From Fimicolochytrium jonesii (taxonomy: Eukaryota): a stretch of DNA of 64,000 bases. Below the pieces are notes generated by a model. It did not search any database. It worked only from the letters and a program-made list of their open reading frames with translations, and had not been told where the DNA came from. Location: NCBI RefSeq assembly GCF_025526975.1, contig NW_026515668.1, positions 868,001-932,000 of the forward strand. The letters run 5' to 3'. Positions 26,036 through 39,099 of the stretch are shown here, one piece after another. Every line of letters starts with the position of its first letter. Within the stretch, counting starts at the first letter, position 1. Made by a program: the position numbers and the translations under genes.

Positions 26036-26133
26036 AGTGTGCCCAACGCTTTTGATACCTAATTTGTACCATAACTTCCACGACTGAACAATCATGCAAG
26101 TCTCCTGTGTATGCATTCAGTTCATACCTACAT
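26036..26133 (+). repeat. ~98-bp dispersed repeat, copy 1
   Basis: Near-identical to 50889-50987. Confidence 0.9.
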
Positions 26134-26339
26134 TCCGGGCATGTCCCAAAAGGGTTGAAATAAATGAAAGGCCACCCTACATCATGTCTATATCCTACAC
26201 CAACCAGCTCTACACCTACGCCCCCCACCTACGCCCCCCACCTACGCCACCTACCCTTAAATCATATGTGTCAGATACCCCACCACCTGTCCCAGCGCCA
26301 ATTTCGAAAAGATGTCGTTCAAGAGCCGAATCTTTTTTT

Positions 26340-27524
26340 CTACTCCTTCTTGCCACTCCTCAATTTATCCCTCCGGGCATAGATCTGCGCCGTGAACGGC
26401 CCCTCGAACGATTCAACCGCGATGGCGTAGACGAGGTAGACGACGGCTGTTAGGACCAGGCCTGCTGGGCTTCCTCTCCTACAAAAACAACAAATCGGGG
26501 TGAGTGTTTGAGAAGCGGGGGATGTGAGTGGGAGGCGATGGGACCGGGGGGGGGGGGGGGGGGGGAGAGAATTTTACCAGAGAGCACCGCCGAGGAAACA
26601 GAGTGTGGATCCAAAGTACATAGGGTTTTCGATCAGGTTGAAGGGGAAGCCGGTCACGCGTTTTTCCATAAGGATGCCAAAGTAGTCGCCTAGAAAACAG
26701 AAGGGATACGTTCTCAATATGCATCTCAGCCATGACCGAAAACATATCCCCACCACCCCCTCCATGCCCCGCACCTACCCAAGTAAGTCCCCGTAATCCC
26801 CAACTTGAACATACTACTCAACACCAGCACGTTGCCCACCGCCATGCTCGCCACCGCATACATCTTGATGAACGAGTGGTCCAGCAGTTCTGTCACCGGT
26901 TGATGGTCCATCGCGACCGTGAACAGATAGTCGCGGAGGAGACCGAGGGTGAAGATGGCGAAGGCGAGGAGGTAGCAGCCCCGAATGGGAGACCCGAGGA
27001 GGCGGGTGAGGCTTTGGTTGCGGTATTCTGCGAGATGAGGTGGGTGGTGAGTAAGTGGAGATTGGGGTTTCTGGTCTGCTGGCGACGAGGACGTTGGGTG
27101 CCAGCTCCGCTAGAACCGAGGAACGTGACTTGCCATTCGTCAAGTATGCTCGCGCGAGCGCCCAGCTGACTCGAGCTTACCCGCTCAGCCATTGCTCTCC
27201 GAGACCCCCAGTGTTTGCTGTCACCCGTGGACGCTCATTCAGGTCCAGCTCCTGAGGCCCGCTGTCGGTTGCTCGTCCCCGCTCCGCTCAACATTCTCAG
27301 GCATTCCAGCATCCTAACGTTTGCAACGCTTTCTGCGACTTCACAACCATTTCACAATCCCCTGCCTCACAGAATCCCGACGTACCGTTCCTAGCAACGA
27401 TATTCCACATGGTGGGGTTAAACACAATACTCCCAGCGGCTATCCAGAGCGAAGGGTGGGCCCAGTTGATTTGAGCGAAAGCGTCCAGCGCATTTTCGAG
27501 CGGGTTTGTTGCGGTTGCAGTCAT
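26340..27524 (-). CDS. OPI3: Phospholipid (PE/PMME) N-methyltransferase
   Basis: [54 protein letters not shown], and [10 protein letters not shown]. Confidence 0.95.
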
Positions 27525-27727
27525 GGTTTGTTGGTGTTGAGAGATGTTGGGGGTGGCAGGTGGTGAGCAGTGGGAGGGAGTTCTGACGTTGAGCAAGTCG
27601 GACGGGAACACCCGCTTCCAAAAGTTGGGGCGTCCGGCCCGTCACGTAAGCACATGGTTCGGGTCTGGCACACTGACTGGCGCATGTTCCCCTCTGCTGC
27701 AATTCTGAATCCCATAGAGGACCTAAA

Positions 27728-28658
27728 ATGTCAGGAGACCCATCACAGCAACTGGCGTCACCAGCAGGGGGACCAGGAGAGCCGAAGCGATCGACAACAA
27801 CAGATGCTGACGGGACACCATCACCGGGTTCCAAACACGCCGCGAGCTCGATAGAATCAAAACCTGCGCTGGATGTCCCCACTGCCACAAACACAGATGG
27901 AACCAACGGTTCGGCACCGACGATAAAGATGCCTATCGCGACCAACAAATTCAGGTGCGGGCTTATCTTTGCTCTGCGCAGGGGAAGCATGTGCTGTTAT
28001 GATGGTGGATAGACATCCCTCGTATCAGCACATTGGCTAAAATCACGAGAAAAACAACAGCAACGACGGCTCCTTCGCGGAAAGGTTCAAGCTAATGCAT
28101 GCCGAAGCAGAGGAGAAGCGGAAAAACGAGGAGGCGGTCAAGAAGTAAGTGTGTGCGAAGGCGGCCCTACGGGGGGGGGGGGGGGGGGGGGGGGCGGAGA
28201 AGTTGTCCGGGTAGCTCTGCAGAGTCGGAAGACAACACGACCCTGCAGTGCAACCCATCCTCCAAACCCTCCATGCGCCCGGTCGTTCATTCCCCGATGA
28301 ATCCAATCATTCTTTGTTTGTTGTTGGCATTATGTTTCTGATGATATGAGCGTCTTCCAGGAAAACAACCTGGGAATCTTCTTTCGTAAGTCCCCCCATG
28401 ATTCCCACCCCATCCTATACCCAGGCTAATACCGCATACCCATATCACTCACAGCGCACCCGCGGCAAGCGAAAAAAGGGAACAACAACCGCCTCATCAG
28501 AAGGCAGTGCGGCCAAAAAAGCGAAAGAAGGGTTTCCAGAGACAGAGACGACCGAACTGGACGAAGCGGCGTCGGCTTATTTGAAGGAAATGGCGAGGAT
28601 CAAGGAGAAGTTGCCGGGTGGGGACAAGGGGAGTGGTGTTAGGCCTTTGGTCAAGTGA
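27728..28658 (+). CDS. TRIR/C19orf43-like small protein
   Basis: Spliced NKF..NDGSFAERFK motif and C-terminal AYLKEMARIK..VRPLVK*. Confidence 0.7.
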
Positions 28659-28935
28659 TGGGATGGATGGCATTTGGGGAGTACAGATTGGGGATTACAG
28701 AGACGGACAATATCATGGATGATACGAAATGGAATCGATAAATATTGAATTTATCTACATGTACTGGAGGAATTCCCTACATGTACTGTACACCACTACG
28801 TACAGTCTAGGCTTTGCACGAATACCGAAAACTCTCTCGTTCTACGGGAGTATATCCGCGCCGGCACAGCTTGCTTACAACTTCCATTAATCCCCATATT
28901 CACTCATGATCCACCTTCAGCATCACCTCCTCCCT

Positions 28936-29663
28936 TCACTCCTCATCCTCCTCCTCCTCGTCCTCCTCATCATCATCAAAATCACTCCACCCGCCATCAT
29001 CATTATTCTCCGCCGCCACGACAATCTTCTTCGCTCCATCCTCATCCCCCCTCTCCATCTTCCTCAAATACGACCTCCGTTGCCGCTCGGTCATGGCCGC
29101 AAGGAACCGTTGCTGCTCTTGCGATTCTTTGAGCAGGTCTGCGGGGGTTTTCACTTCTGGTCTGGGCAATTAGAGATGTAGACGTTCTGTAAGTGTTCGT
29201 CTCCGTGAACAATCTTGATTATGGGTGAACTTACTGGACGATATCAGTCCCCTCCTGGCACTTGGCACACACCTTCCTCGTCTCCGCACACCCTTTGCAG
29301 AGCACGTGGTAGGCGTCCGTGACCCGTTTTTGGTGGCAGGCGAGGCAGGTTTTGGGTTGCGTTAGCGGTTTGTATTTGTTCATTCGTTTCCTAAAAAGAT
29401 CACCCAAAATCGTGAATCACCCGTTCCCCGAATTCAAAAAGCCCCCAACCATACCCGGAAAAGACTCCGTCGTCGTCTAACCACACCCACCTCCAATCAA
29501 TGATATCCAAACATCTCTGACAAATCCCTTTGGCGGGCGTGTTGTATATCTTCACGGCGGCGGCGTTGTTTTTGTTGGGCTTGAATGCGAAGGAGTTTTG
29601 GTACTTCTGGCCGGACTTTTGCGTGCCTGATTTGCCTTTTGACGAGGAGACCTTTGGTGTCAT
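28936..29663 (-). CDS. C9orf85/DUF2039-like Cys-rich protein
   Basis: QKYQNSFAFKPNK, GICQRCLDIIDWR|KRMNKYKPLTQPKTCLAC..AYHVLCKGCA..VCAKC, and an acidic tail. Confidence 0.85.
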
Positions 29664-29956
29664 TTTGATGGAGTGTAAGGGGGCGTCTCGGTGGGGGATG
29701 GCTGACGAAGGTCTGGTTCTGGTGGGAATGGGGTCTGGTCGGCCAGCGGTTCCAGAGAGTGCCTCCGGAGCGCCGAGTTGCTGGTGAGTATGATTTTTTT
29801 ACGTACGAGTACTGTACTGCGCGAGTTGCTGTAACAAGCAGACGCGGCATATATGTATGATAGCATACGGGTCAAAAGGTAGTTGGCTTGCCTGTGTACA
29901 TACAGTATATACATTCTCTGGGTTCCTTCTGAGTTTCCTATTCGCTGTAGCACATA

Positions 29957-31559
29957 ATGTCGACGAAAACGCACTCACGAATTGACACAGAATACAGCGC
30001 GGACGCCGTCGAATCCTGTCCTATTCCAGGATGGACGTCGTTGATAGCCGTGGGTACATATCAGGTCGTCAAGGATGGCACGTTGTGGGCGCCGGCGTCC
30101 GCGACGCAAGTGCCGAGTGATTCCAGCACACCTGAAGACAGCGGGATAGCGGAGAGTGAGAACGAAGGGCACTCAGACCCAGCGGCGAGCAGACTGGGGC
30201 GCCTCCTTATGTACAATGTCTCGAAAGGGGAGATTGGACTGGATGTGTGAGTTTCCCTGCGAATCAAGCGAGAAATTGCTCGATGTGGCAGTTTTCTTAT
30301 TGATCGACGCTCGTCAGAAAGGAAGGAGGAAAGTCGCCGTGACTGTGGGGCGATCCTTGACATGAAGTGGTGCGTGGCCGATGGGCATACTCACGCTTTC
30401 AACGGGATCGTTCCGTATGACTGACCTTTTGGTATAGGTCACAACAAATGATTGCGGAGAAGCCTTGCCTCGGCGTGGTGGATTCACTGGGGTCAACGCA
30501 TCTCTATCAGTTCGATGAGGTACAAACAGTGAAGAGTTCTGGAACAGGGGGGAGGCCACATGGCTGATGGGAATGTGCAATCTTCCCAGGACTCAGCCAA
30601 GCCCAATCCAGTAGCTTCCCTGCACAATGGAAAGGATGGAGTTCTGAACCTCTCTCTAGAATGGTCCAACCGCTTGAATGCCGAGGGGTCTCCGCGGATC
30701 GTATTCAGTTCAAGTGACGGAAGCATTTCCCAGCTTGCCGTAGCTGACGGCGAGTTGCGTCTTCTGCAAGAGTGGCATGGACACGATTACGAAGCATGGA
30801 TCGCCGCTTACAATTGTTGGGACACAAACGTTGTTTACACTGGCGGGGATGATTGCGCGTTGAAGGGCTGGGATCTGCGCATGGATCCGTTATATTCTAC
30901 GTTCACAAGTAGGAGGTGGGTCGCAGGAACTAAACTTCTGAGAAATCCGCGTCTATCTGACCTCTGGCGTGTCAGGCACGAGGCTGGTGTGTGCAGCATC
31001 CAAATGAATCCGCACAAAGAGCACCTGCTGGCAACCGGAAGGTAATCCATCCACCCACGTCACGATGACCGTCGTTTTAGCCGTCACCTCTAAACACACT
31101 GCTCCCAGTTACGACGAACGTATCCTGACATGGGACACGCGCAAAATGCGATCCCCACTAATTGACCACCACATCGGCGGAGGCGTATGGAGACTTAAGT
31201 GGCATCCCACGAATTCACAGCGCCTTTTGGCTGCATGCATGCACAATGGATTCCATATCTTGGACGTTGATAGCGGTAAGCGAATCACAGGACAATGTTC
31301 GTGCTAACACCCCATCTGACAACTTGTCCCTTGTCCTCTGGTGCTGATCGGGAAAATGAAAGATGCGGCTAGTGTGGAAGTTCAGGCGAGCTACATGGAT
31401 CATGCCTCTCTGGCGTATGGGGCTGACTGGTGGTATGGAAGTGATCAGATAGCTTCTAGACTAGAGAAGGCCGATGGAGGTAGTGAAGGAGTCCAGGATA
31501 CTGTTGCGACATGTTCGTTCTATGACCACTCTTTTCATGTTTGGGATGCATTCAAATAG
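29957..31559 (+). CDS. DPH7: Diphthine methylesterase (WD40; DPH7/RRT2/WDR85)
   Basis: [72 protein letters not shown]. Confidence 0.93.
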
Positions 31560-32003
31560 ATATGTAAGTTTGATTCCGATCATATCCCAAAAATGTGTGT
31601 TCTTCGTTCATGCAACATCGTGTTCCCCTCCGTATATGGATGGGCGGTTTTTGTGGGCGAGACGAGTGGCGGGAAGAGTCGGTTGGCGACGGCGGGGGCT
31701 GATGGGTTTGTTAAGGTATGGACCATACCATCTTTTTCGCTCTTGCATTCGGGCGCAGACTAACGATCAATAACGGTTGTGTTGTAGCTTTGGGACGTTG
31801 TTCACCACCCGTAGAGGACAAAAAGGATTTTCCCACGATATGACATTTTGTACACTAGAACACGGCTTGCGAAAATCGCGTACGATCAAAATCGCGTACG
31901 ATCAAAATAACCAGAAAGCGTCTACCTAGCACAACCTAACCGAACTCACAAAGAGACTATCCTGTCCGCACACGCCGCAACTACCTTACAGCGACGCATA
32001 ACT

Positions 32004-33119
32004 TCAAACCGACATCTTCATCTTGATCGTCGGCAACGGGTCATACCCCTCCAGCCTCACGTCCCCCCACTCCAACCCCTCCAACATCCGCACCGCCTCC
32101 TCAACCGTCCCCGCACCCCCGTCCTTTCCAAATCTCACGGTCGGGAACGGTCTCGGCTCCCTCCCAACCTGCTCGCTCAACGGCTCCACATGATCCGCAT
32201 AGACATGGGCATCGCCCATGACGTGGATGAATTCGTGGGCCTGTGTACCCGTGACGTGGGCGAGCATGTGGGTGAGCAGGGCATAGGAAGCGATGTTGAA
32301 GGGGATGCCGAGGCCGAGGTCGGCGGAGCGTTGGTAGAGCTGGCAGGATAGGCGGGGGGGTTTCTGTTGCTGGGTGTCGGTGGTGGTGCCGTTGTTGTTT
32401 TCCGGCGGCGGTAAAGTGACAAAGAACTGGGCGAGGACGTGGCAGGGCGGGAGGGCCATCTCGCCGACGGCGGTCGGGTTCCAAGCCGAGAACAGGATCC
32501 GGCGGTCGGTGGGACGTTCCATGATCAGCTTGACGACCTCTTTCAGTTGGTCCACGCCCTGTCCTTTGTACGAGGTGTCGCAGTCCACATAGCGAGCCCC
32601 GAAATGCCGCCACTGGAACCCGTAGACAGGCCCGAGATCGCCCTCCCGTCGATGCGTTAACCCGCGTGCATCCAGCGCCGCGCGACTCCCATTCCCATCC
32701 CATATCTTGACTCCCTTCCCGCTCAAAACGGTCGCATCGGTCAGTCCACGGATGAAGAACATGAGTTCCTCAAACACGACGCGGAGGGCGACGCGTTTGG
32801 TTGTGAGGAGGGGGAGGGTGTTGTTGGCGAGGGAGAAGCGGAAGGGTGGCGGGGCGAAGAGGGCCAGGGTGCCGGTGCCGGTGCGGTCGGGGCGCGGGGT
32901 GCCGTGGGCGAGGATGGTGGAGACGAGGGAGAGGTATTGGTATTCGGGGTGGGAGGTTGGGGTTGGGAGGTACGGATTTGGGAAGGGGTGGGGGAGGGCG
33001 AGTGGGAGAAGAGTAGGAGGTGAAGCTGCGGTGGCCTGCATTTTGGAGGTTGAAGGTTGAGCGCTGATGATGTGGTCGGTGAGGGCGAGGGGTGGGGGCG
33101 TTGCGGTAGCGGCCAACAT
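32004..33119 (-). CDS. CDC21: Thymidylate synthase (start uncertain; ORF open to 33326)
   Basis: DRTGTGT, PLLTTKRV, GDLGPVYGFQWRHFGA, MALPPCH, LYQRSADLGLGIPFNIASY, GDAHVY, KMKMSV. Confidence 0.98.
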   Translation of the reverse strand: MLAATATPPPLALTDHIISAQPSTSKMQATAASPPTLLPLALPHPFPNPYLPTPTSHPEYQYLSLVSTILAHGTPRPDRTGTGTLALFAPPPFRFSLANNTLPLLTTKRVALRVVFEELMFFIRGLTDATVLSGKGVKIWDGNGSRAALDARGLTHRREGDLGPVYGFQWRHFGARYVDCDTSYKGQGVDQLKEVVKLIMERPTDRRILFSAWNPTAVGEMALPPCHVLAQFFVTLPPPENNNGTTTDTQQQKPPRLSCQLYQRSADLGLGIPFNIASYALLTHMLAHVTGTQAHEFIHVMGDAHVYADHVEPLSEQVGREPRPFPTVRFGKDGGAGTVEEAVRMLEGLEWGDVRLEGYDPLPTIKMKMSV

Positions 33120-33476
33120 TGCTTGCGCTTTTTCTGTGAGCTGCTGAGCAGACAGGAGGGAGGTAGCGAAGGAGCGATGGTGGGGAGGGGCCACTTCAGG
33201 TCCTACTGGATGGAGTTGCGAGCGAGCGTTTGACGGTCTTCGTGGCTGCGTTCCTGGACATCCATCGTCTGGACATGACATGCGGGGGGGGGGGTCGTGT
33301 CCGAATGCGTCCGAGTCGCAGCCCACAACAGCCTCCCGCGCGCGTCACAGCCAATGGGGTTCGGCCTCACCCTAACAGCTCATGGACGGAAAGGGCCAGG
33401 ACCAACAAGACAGAGGAACGTTCCCTGTTCTGTTCACCTCCGCCGTTCGCCCCAACAAGAGTCCGGCACAAACCCC

Positions 33477-35184
33477 ATGCGCCAACAACGCATAGTCATC
33501 CTAGGCGCTGGTATCTCCGGCCTCTCCGCCGCCTGGTACCTTGCACGGTACGCCGGCGCCGCCGCTGCGACGCGAGCACTACCCCCGCTCAAGATCACCG
33601 TCGTGGAGAAACAGCCGCGGGTGGGTGGATGGGTGCAGACTTTGCGAAACAACGGCGACGACGGTGATGTGTTTGAGCTGGGACCGCGGACGCTCAGACC
33701 GGTCGGAGTACCGGGGGCGACTACGTTGGAGATGGTAAGGTTTCGACTTCATCCTACTCCTTGGTATGCCCACCCGTTTATGAATATTTCCATCCCCACA
33801 GGTCCACAAGCTAAACCTCCAACCCCACCTCCTAACAACCTCCAAAACCTCCCCCGCCGCCCTCAACCGCTACATCTACGCTCAAAACTCCCTCCACCAC
33901 CTCCCGACCTCCCCACTCGACCTCCTCCTCCCCTGGCGCTCCCAATCCCACTCCCCGCTGCTAAAAGGTATCCTCCCCAGCATCCTCCGCGAGCCCTTCG
34001 TCAAACCCCGCCCCCCACCACCGGATCCGGAGACGGGGTACGCGGATGAATCGGTACATTCGTTTGTGTCCAGACGGTTTGGCGTGCGGGTTGCGGATAA
34101 TCTTGTGAGCGCCGTGTTGCATGGGATATATGCGGGGGATGCGAGGCGGTTGAGTGTGCGGAGTGTTATGCCGGTGCTGTGGGATGCGGAGAGTAGGTCT
34201 GGGAGTGTTATTCGGGGGCTTGTTGCGCCGGCTCCGCCAAAAGCATCAGTGAAGACACCATTTGCGATTGGCGATGGAGAGGAATCCGCGGAGGAGTTCA
34301 TCGCCGATGTGCAAAAGAACGCGAGCATTTATTCCTTCAAGGGTGGCGTGCAGACCCTCACCGACGCGCTCAAAACCGACTTGTTGAGTCGCAACTCCAC
34401 CGACGTGCAGGTCGAGATCCTACAGGGCACCGTCGACCGGTTAGATCTCCCCCCAAACCCAGACTCCCCCGCCAACGTCCACCTCACATCCAGCCCCACC
34501 CCCCTCCGCGCCGACCACATCATCTCCTCTCTCGCCGCCTGGGACCTCCAACGCCTCCTCCCCCCCACATCCCCTCTCATCCCCCTTCTCGACACCATCA
34601 AAGGCGTGACGGTGGGTACAGTCAACTACCTCCTCCGCGGCGCACCTACGACCGTCCTACCCGTCAACGGGTTCGGATACCTCGTCCCGATCACGGAACG
34701 CACGCCGATCTTGGGCACCGTGTTTGATTCATGTGCGATGCCGGTCCAGGATGTGCGCGGGGACACGACCAGGGTGACCGTGATGCTGGGCGGGCATAAA
34801 TTCTCCGAGTTCTTTGGTGCCGTCGATAAGAAACTCTCCCCGGAGACGGTTCGGGCAATCGAACACGCATCCGAGGTCGCGATCCATTCCCATCTACAGA
34901 TCCCGCGGCTCAACACACAGGGCGAACCGGTGGTGTTGAACCGATACACGGCGGTGCATAGGGACTGTATACCGCAGTATACGGTGGGGCATCGGGAGCG
35001 GTTGGGGAGGATGCACGGGGTGCTAGTGGGGGGCAGGATGTCAGTTTGTGGGGCGAGTTATGGGGGCGTCGGGGTGAATGATTGTGTGGTTGGCGCGAGG
35101 GATTTGGTTAGGGGGTTGGTTGAGCGGGGGTTGCAAGGGGCGGGGAAAAATGTGTCGGGGTTGGAGAAGTTCGCTGAAGAATGA
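33477..35184 (+). CDS. HEM14: Protoporphyrinogen oxidase
   Basis: ILGAGISGLSAA, RVGGW, FELGPRTLRP, GIYAGD, GFGYLVP, CIPQYTVGH, GVGVNDC; one intron at ~33734-33801. Confidence 0.95.
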
Positions 35185-35655
35185 GGGGTGGGCATGGCGG
35201 GATTCAGCCCTGCCACACTCGATATCCTACGCCCCACTAGATCAGCGCACCATCCTGCGATTCGCTGTATTCATATAGCCATACAGTAGCTCATAGCCCA
35301 TAGACCACGGCGCATATAGCAATCTGCCAATGAACACACTCTCGAGCATTAGACTGCATATAGTAACTTTAATGTGTCATTGAGTACATATGATTCAAAA
35401 ATGAGAAAACTGACTATGGCAAACAGATGAAGACCTAGTTACGGATCGTGGCTATTCCTACCTGAGCTTGAAATGAAGCAAGTTTACTGCAAAAGCTTCT
35501 GCACGTGCCGCTGGAGTGAGCGGCGTGAAGGTCTTCGCAGCCACTTATGAAGTTAAGACGCGAACCGGAGGTTCGAACACATACAGTACAGTACGATTTT
35601 GGTATCGCCTAGCACCGGCCATGACTTGATCGGCGCCACAACTGCCACCACTACC

Positions 35656-37635
35656 ATGCTCCGCCGTCTAACGCCCGCACTGAGGCCTGCTTTGCCGTTG
35701 AAAGCCAGTCCCCTCCCACCCGGTTTTCTCGCCATCATACCCCTCCCATTCCCCGCCCGGTCCAAAAGCAGCAAAAGCAAGAAACCCGTTCCAACCCTCT
35801 CAGCCTCGGAAACACCACCCACATCACCGCCACCCGGGCCACCCACACCCGTAACCCCACCGCCAACCCCCTTCCGCACAACCTTCGACTACAAACAGAA
35901 AATACACTGGTACCCGCAACACCAGTCCCGCGCACTCCGACAACTCCGGAATGGGATACACCAGATTGACGTTGTGGTTGAGGTCCGGGACGCTAGGATT
36001 CCGTTGACGAGCAGGAATCCGAAGTTTGATGAGGTTCTGGCGAGGAGGCCTAGGCTGGTGGTTTACAATAAGGCAGATTTGGCGAATCCCAATATGAAGA
36101 AGGTGCGCGAGCAGAGTGAGCGGGCGGAGCGATAGTGAGCGGATATTTGGGTCTGCGGCGAGCGATCGCGAGGGTGTCTGCGCCGAGCGGAGCAGGATGA
36201 CTACGCCGAGCGAAGCGAGGTGCAGGGTTGGTTGCCATGGGAAAGCCGGAGCGATGGTTGCGCGAGGGATAGCGAGCGAATGCCGGTGCGAGTCCCCGCG
36301 CCGCAGGCGCAACTCTAGCCGGGCAGTACATGCGAGCGATTAGCCGAAGGGTCGTTTTCATCACACATCGGCCAACATCATTGTCGAAAAAGTGAAGCGA
36401 GCAGGGGTTTGTTTTATCCCGCTCTCAATCCGCCGATCACTTTGCTTTCAACTCGTGGCTGACTCATTGCATGGCGGTTCACAGATCATTATAGAAGGCT
36501 TCAAGAGAAACTCGGCGGATCCAGTGATCTTCACACAGGGAACAAAAGACGAGCATGCAAAGCGGATTTTGGATTGGGCATTAGGTGCGCACTTTGATAC
36601 AAATGCGGAGAAGAACATGCCAGGGATGTGGGCGTTGACTAGGCTCTTGCTGTTCGTAGAAAAATATCGCGAAGCGCCGCATAGATACCCTTACATGTCG
36701 ATAGTGATTGTCGGCTTACCCAACGTCGGCAAGTCCACCATTATCAATTCGCTGCGGCGTTCGGGCGTGTCCAAAGGTAGGTCGTCACAATCACAGATGC
36801 CTTTGTTCGTGCATTCCCAACATCCAATCTCACCCATACCTCCACTCCCACCCCAACGCAGGTAAAGTCAGCGCAGTAGGACCCAAAGCAGGCGTAACCC
36901 GCGCGATTCAAATGCGGGTCAAAATCTGGGAAAAGCCGCCGATCTACCTCGTCGACACCCCCGGTATCTTCGACCCGCACATCTCGCACCCGATGCAGGG
37001 GCTGAAGATTGCGCTGACGGGCGCGACGAACGATCGGTTGACGGAGGAGCAGAATGTTGCGGATTATTTGCTGTTTAGACTGAATAATTCGGGATTGAGG
37101 GAGAAGTGCGTTTCGTTTTGTGTTTTCGTCGTTGTTCCTTGTTCCCCCTTCTGTTTGCATCTGACTGACACATTTTTGGCATTTCATCAATCACAGATAC
37201 CCACCCCTCCTAAACCTAACTCACCCCACCGACTCCATCTCCTTTCTCCTTACCCACATTGCCCTCACCCACAACTTCCTCCTCTCCACCCACTCCCACT
37301 CCTCTCTTCCCCCACCCCTCCCTACCACGACCACCACCTCAACATCCCCCTTCACCCTCGCCTTTGACGAAGACGACCTTACCCACTCCCACCTTACGAC
37401 GGATACCCCCTCTTTGACCACTCCGAGGAATGCGGAGGGGAAAGAGTTGGATATACCGCGGGCGGCGAGGTACTTGATTGGGTTGTTTAGGGAGGGAGTT
37501 TTTGGGGGGTTGACGTTGGATGAGGTGAGTAGGGAGGGGATGGAGAGGTGGATTAGGGGGGAGGAGGGGAAGGAGGAGATAGGTGGGGAGGAGGGGCGGG
37601 GGGGAGGTGTGGAAGTTGTAGAGCGGGACATGTAG
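35656..37635 (+). CDS. MTG1: Mitochondrial ribosome-associated GTPase (RbgA/Mtg1 family)
   Basis: HWYPQH, EVRDARIPLTSRNP, NKADL, GLPNVGKSTIIN, GVTR, LVDTPG, FREGVFG. Confidence 0.93.
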
Positions 37636-38329
37636 TTAACGTGCGGTGTTGGTGGCTTTCGGATACCCGTAGATGCCTTCGTATGTAATGAAACTCGACA
37701 TTACGAGCAAGGCTGCCCCATGCGAGTGGCATCACTTATTGCCGAGACTGATCAATCAACCTCAACATCCCGCCCATCCCGTGCGAGAGAAGCTGTGTAA
37801 GAACAAACTCAGCAATTAGCCCTTTAAGATCCGGCATGCAGTTGAATGGAAACTCCATGGATGTGTAGGGTGCTGTAGATATGACCAAAGATGCCACCGG
37901 TTGCCCGAGAAGTTGCCGTGGTGTGGCCCATGGCCGCGTGAAGTCCGTACCGGTGAGGCCCGGTGTTCTCTTCGAATAATACTGAGAAGTTGCCATCATC
38001 GACTGGGATACCCGAGACGCCACGGCCGCCGCTTGTTGCCTGCATCATCATCAGCATGATGCCGTTCGGTTGGTCGTTAACCCGCAATACTCGTGAATAC
38101 CCATAAGTTGGCGCATCAGGCTCCTGGCCTGGATTGCACAAGAGGCGCTCGTTTTCGTCGCCGGGAAGTATGGCAGCCAACTCTTGCAGCGCCTCCTCCC
38201 GGTTGATGCCGGTGGCCTGTACTATTAACTCGTATACGTACAGTACTCCGGGTCGGTGTCCGTGAACTCATGATTCTGCGGGCACGGCATGGTTGTTATC
38301 ATTGACCTCCGGGGCCAGAAGTTCTGCTC

Positions 38330-38500
38330 GTGTACATACGTTGGTGGAGTGGCGTTGTAGAGTCGCAAGACATCGACGTGAAACGTTGGATGTTGACGGG
38401 ACAGGGTGGCCGGAAGGCGTAGCGTGAACGTGTTCGGGGTTGGTCCTGGCTTGACCACCGGAAACCGGCCGAGGTACCGGCCGGGGCAAGATCTTGAGGC
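38330..38500 (-). mobile_element. Ty3/Gypsy integrase C-terminal (GPY/F) fragment
   Basis: RYLGRFPVVKPGPTPNTFTLRLP..HPTFHVDVLRLY, which parallels the segment at ~63790-63910. Confidence 0.7.
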
Positions 38501-39099
38501 TCGAGTTGGGTAGTTCCTTGTATATGGGCTCCGGGTAAGATGCGGGTATCTCATGACACTCCGACACCCCCGAGAATTCGTCGAAAATCGACTCCAATGC
38601 ATCAACCTCAACGAAACGACCCCAGGACTTACACCGAACGTTCCGCCTCCCCATCCACCGCTTCCACAGCTGCCACCTCCACCTCCACCTCCACGCCATC
38701 CAAGAAAGCAAAACATCGTCATATCGAACACCACGTCACCTGCACAGATGAGATCTCGAACGTTTCTTGGTTGGCCGGCCGGTAGGTACCGTGCTTCGTT
38801 TGTGGTTTTCCTCCGCTCGTGGTTTTTCGCGAGCGTCGTGTTACTGTCAAAATCGCGAGGTGGAATCCGTTTGGAAATGTGCCACTATTTTTGGCCACGG
38901 CACTGGCAGCAACTTGGCCGCAACATTCGTAGCACGGCAGCCATATATAGCAACTGGAGCGGTCCGCCATGTGGTTGCCGGTTGGTAAGTGGAAAAGCCG
39001 CAGGGCTAAGTGAGAGTATAAGAGCAATGCCAGAAGTGTTTGCCGCCCCATCGAACGTTTTTCCAAGTTTCCAATAATATTTACAACCAGCACTTCAGA

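Noticed and set aside
31873..31908. Small tandem duplications (16 bp here, 27 bp at ~52693-52745, 22 bp at ~55165-55215)
   Set aside because: Ordinary slippage duplications with no further structure.
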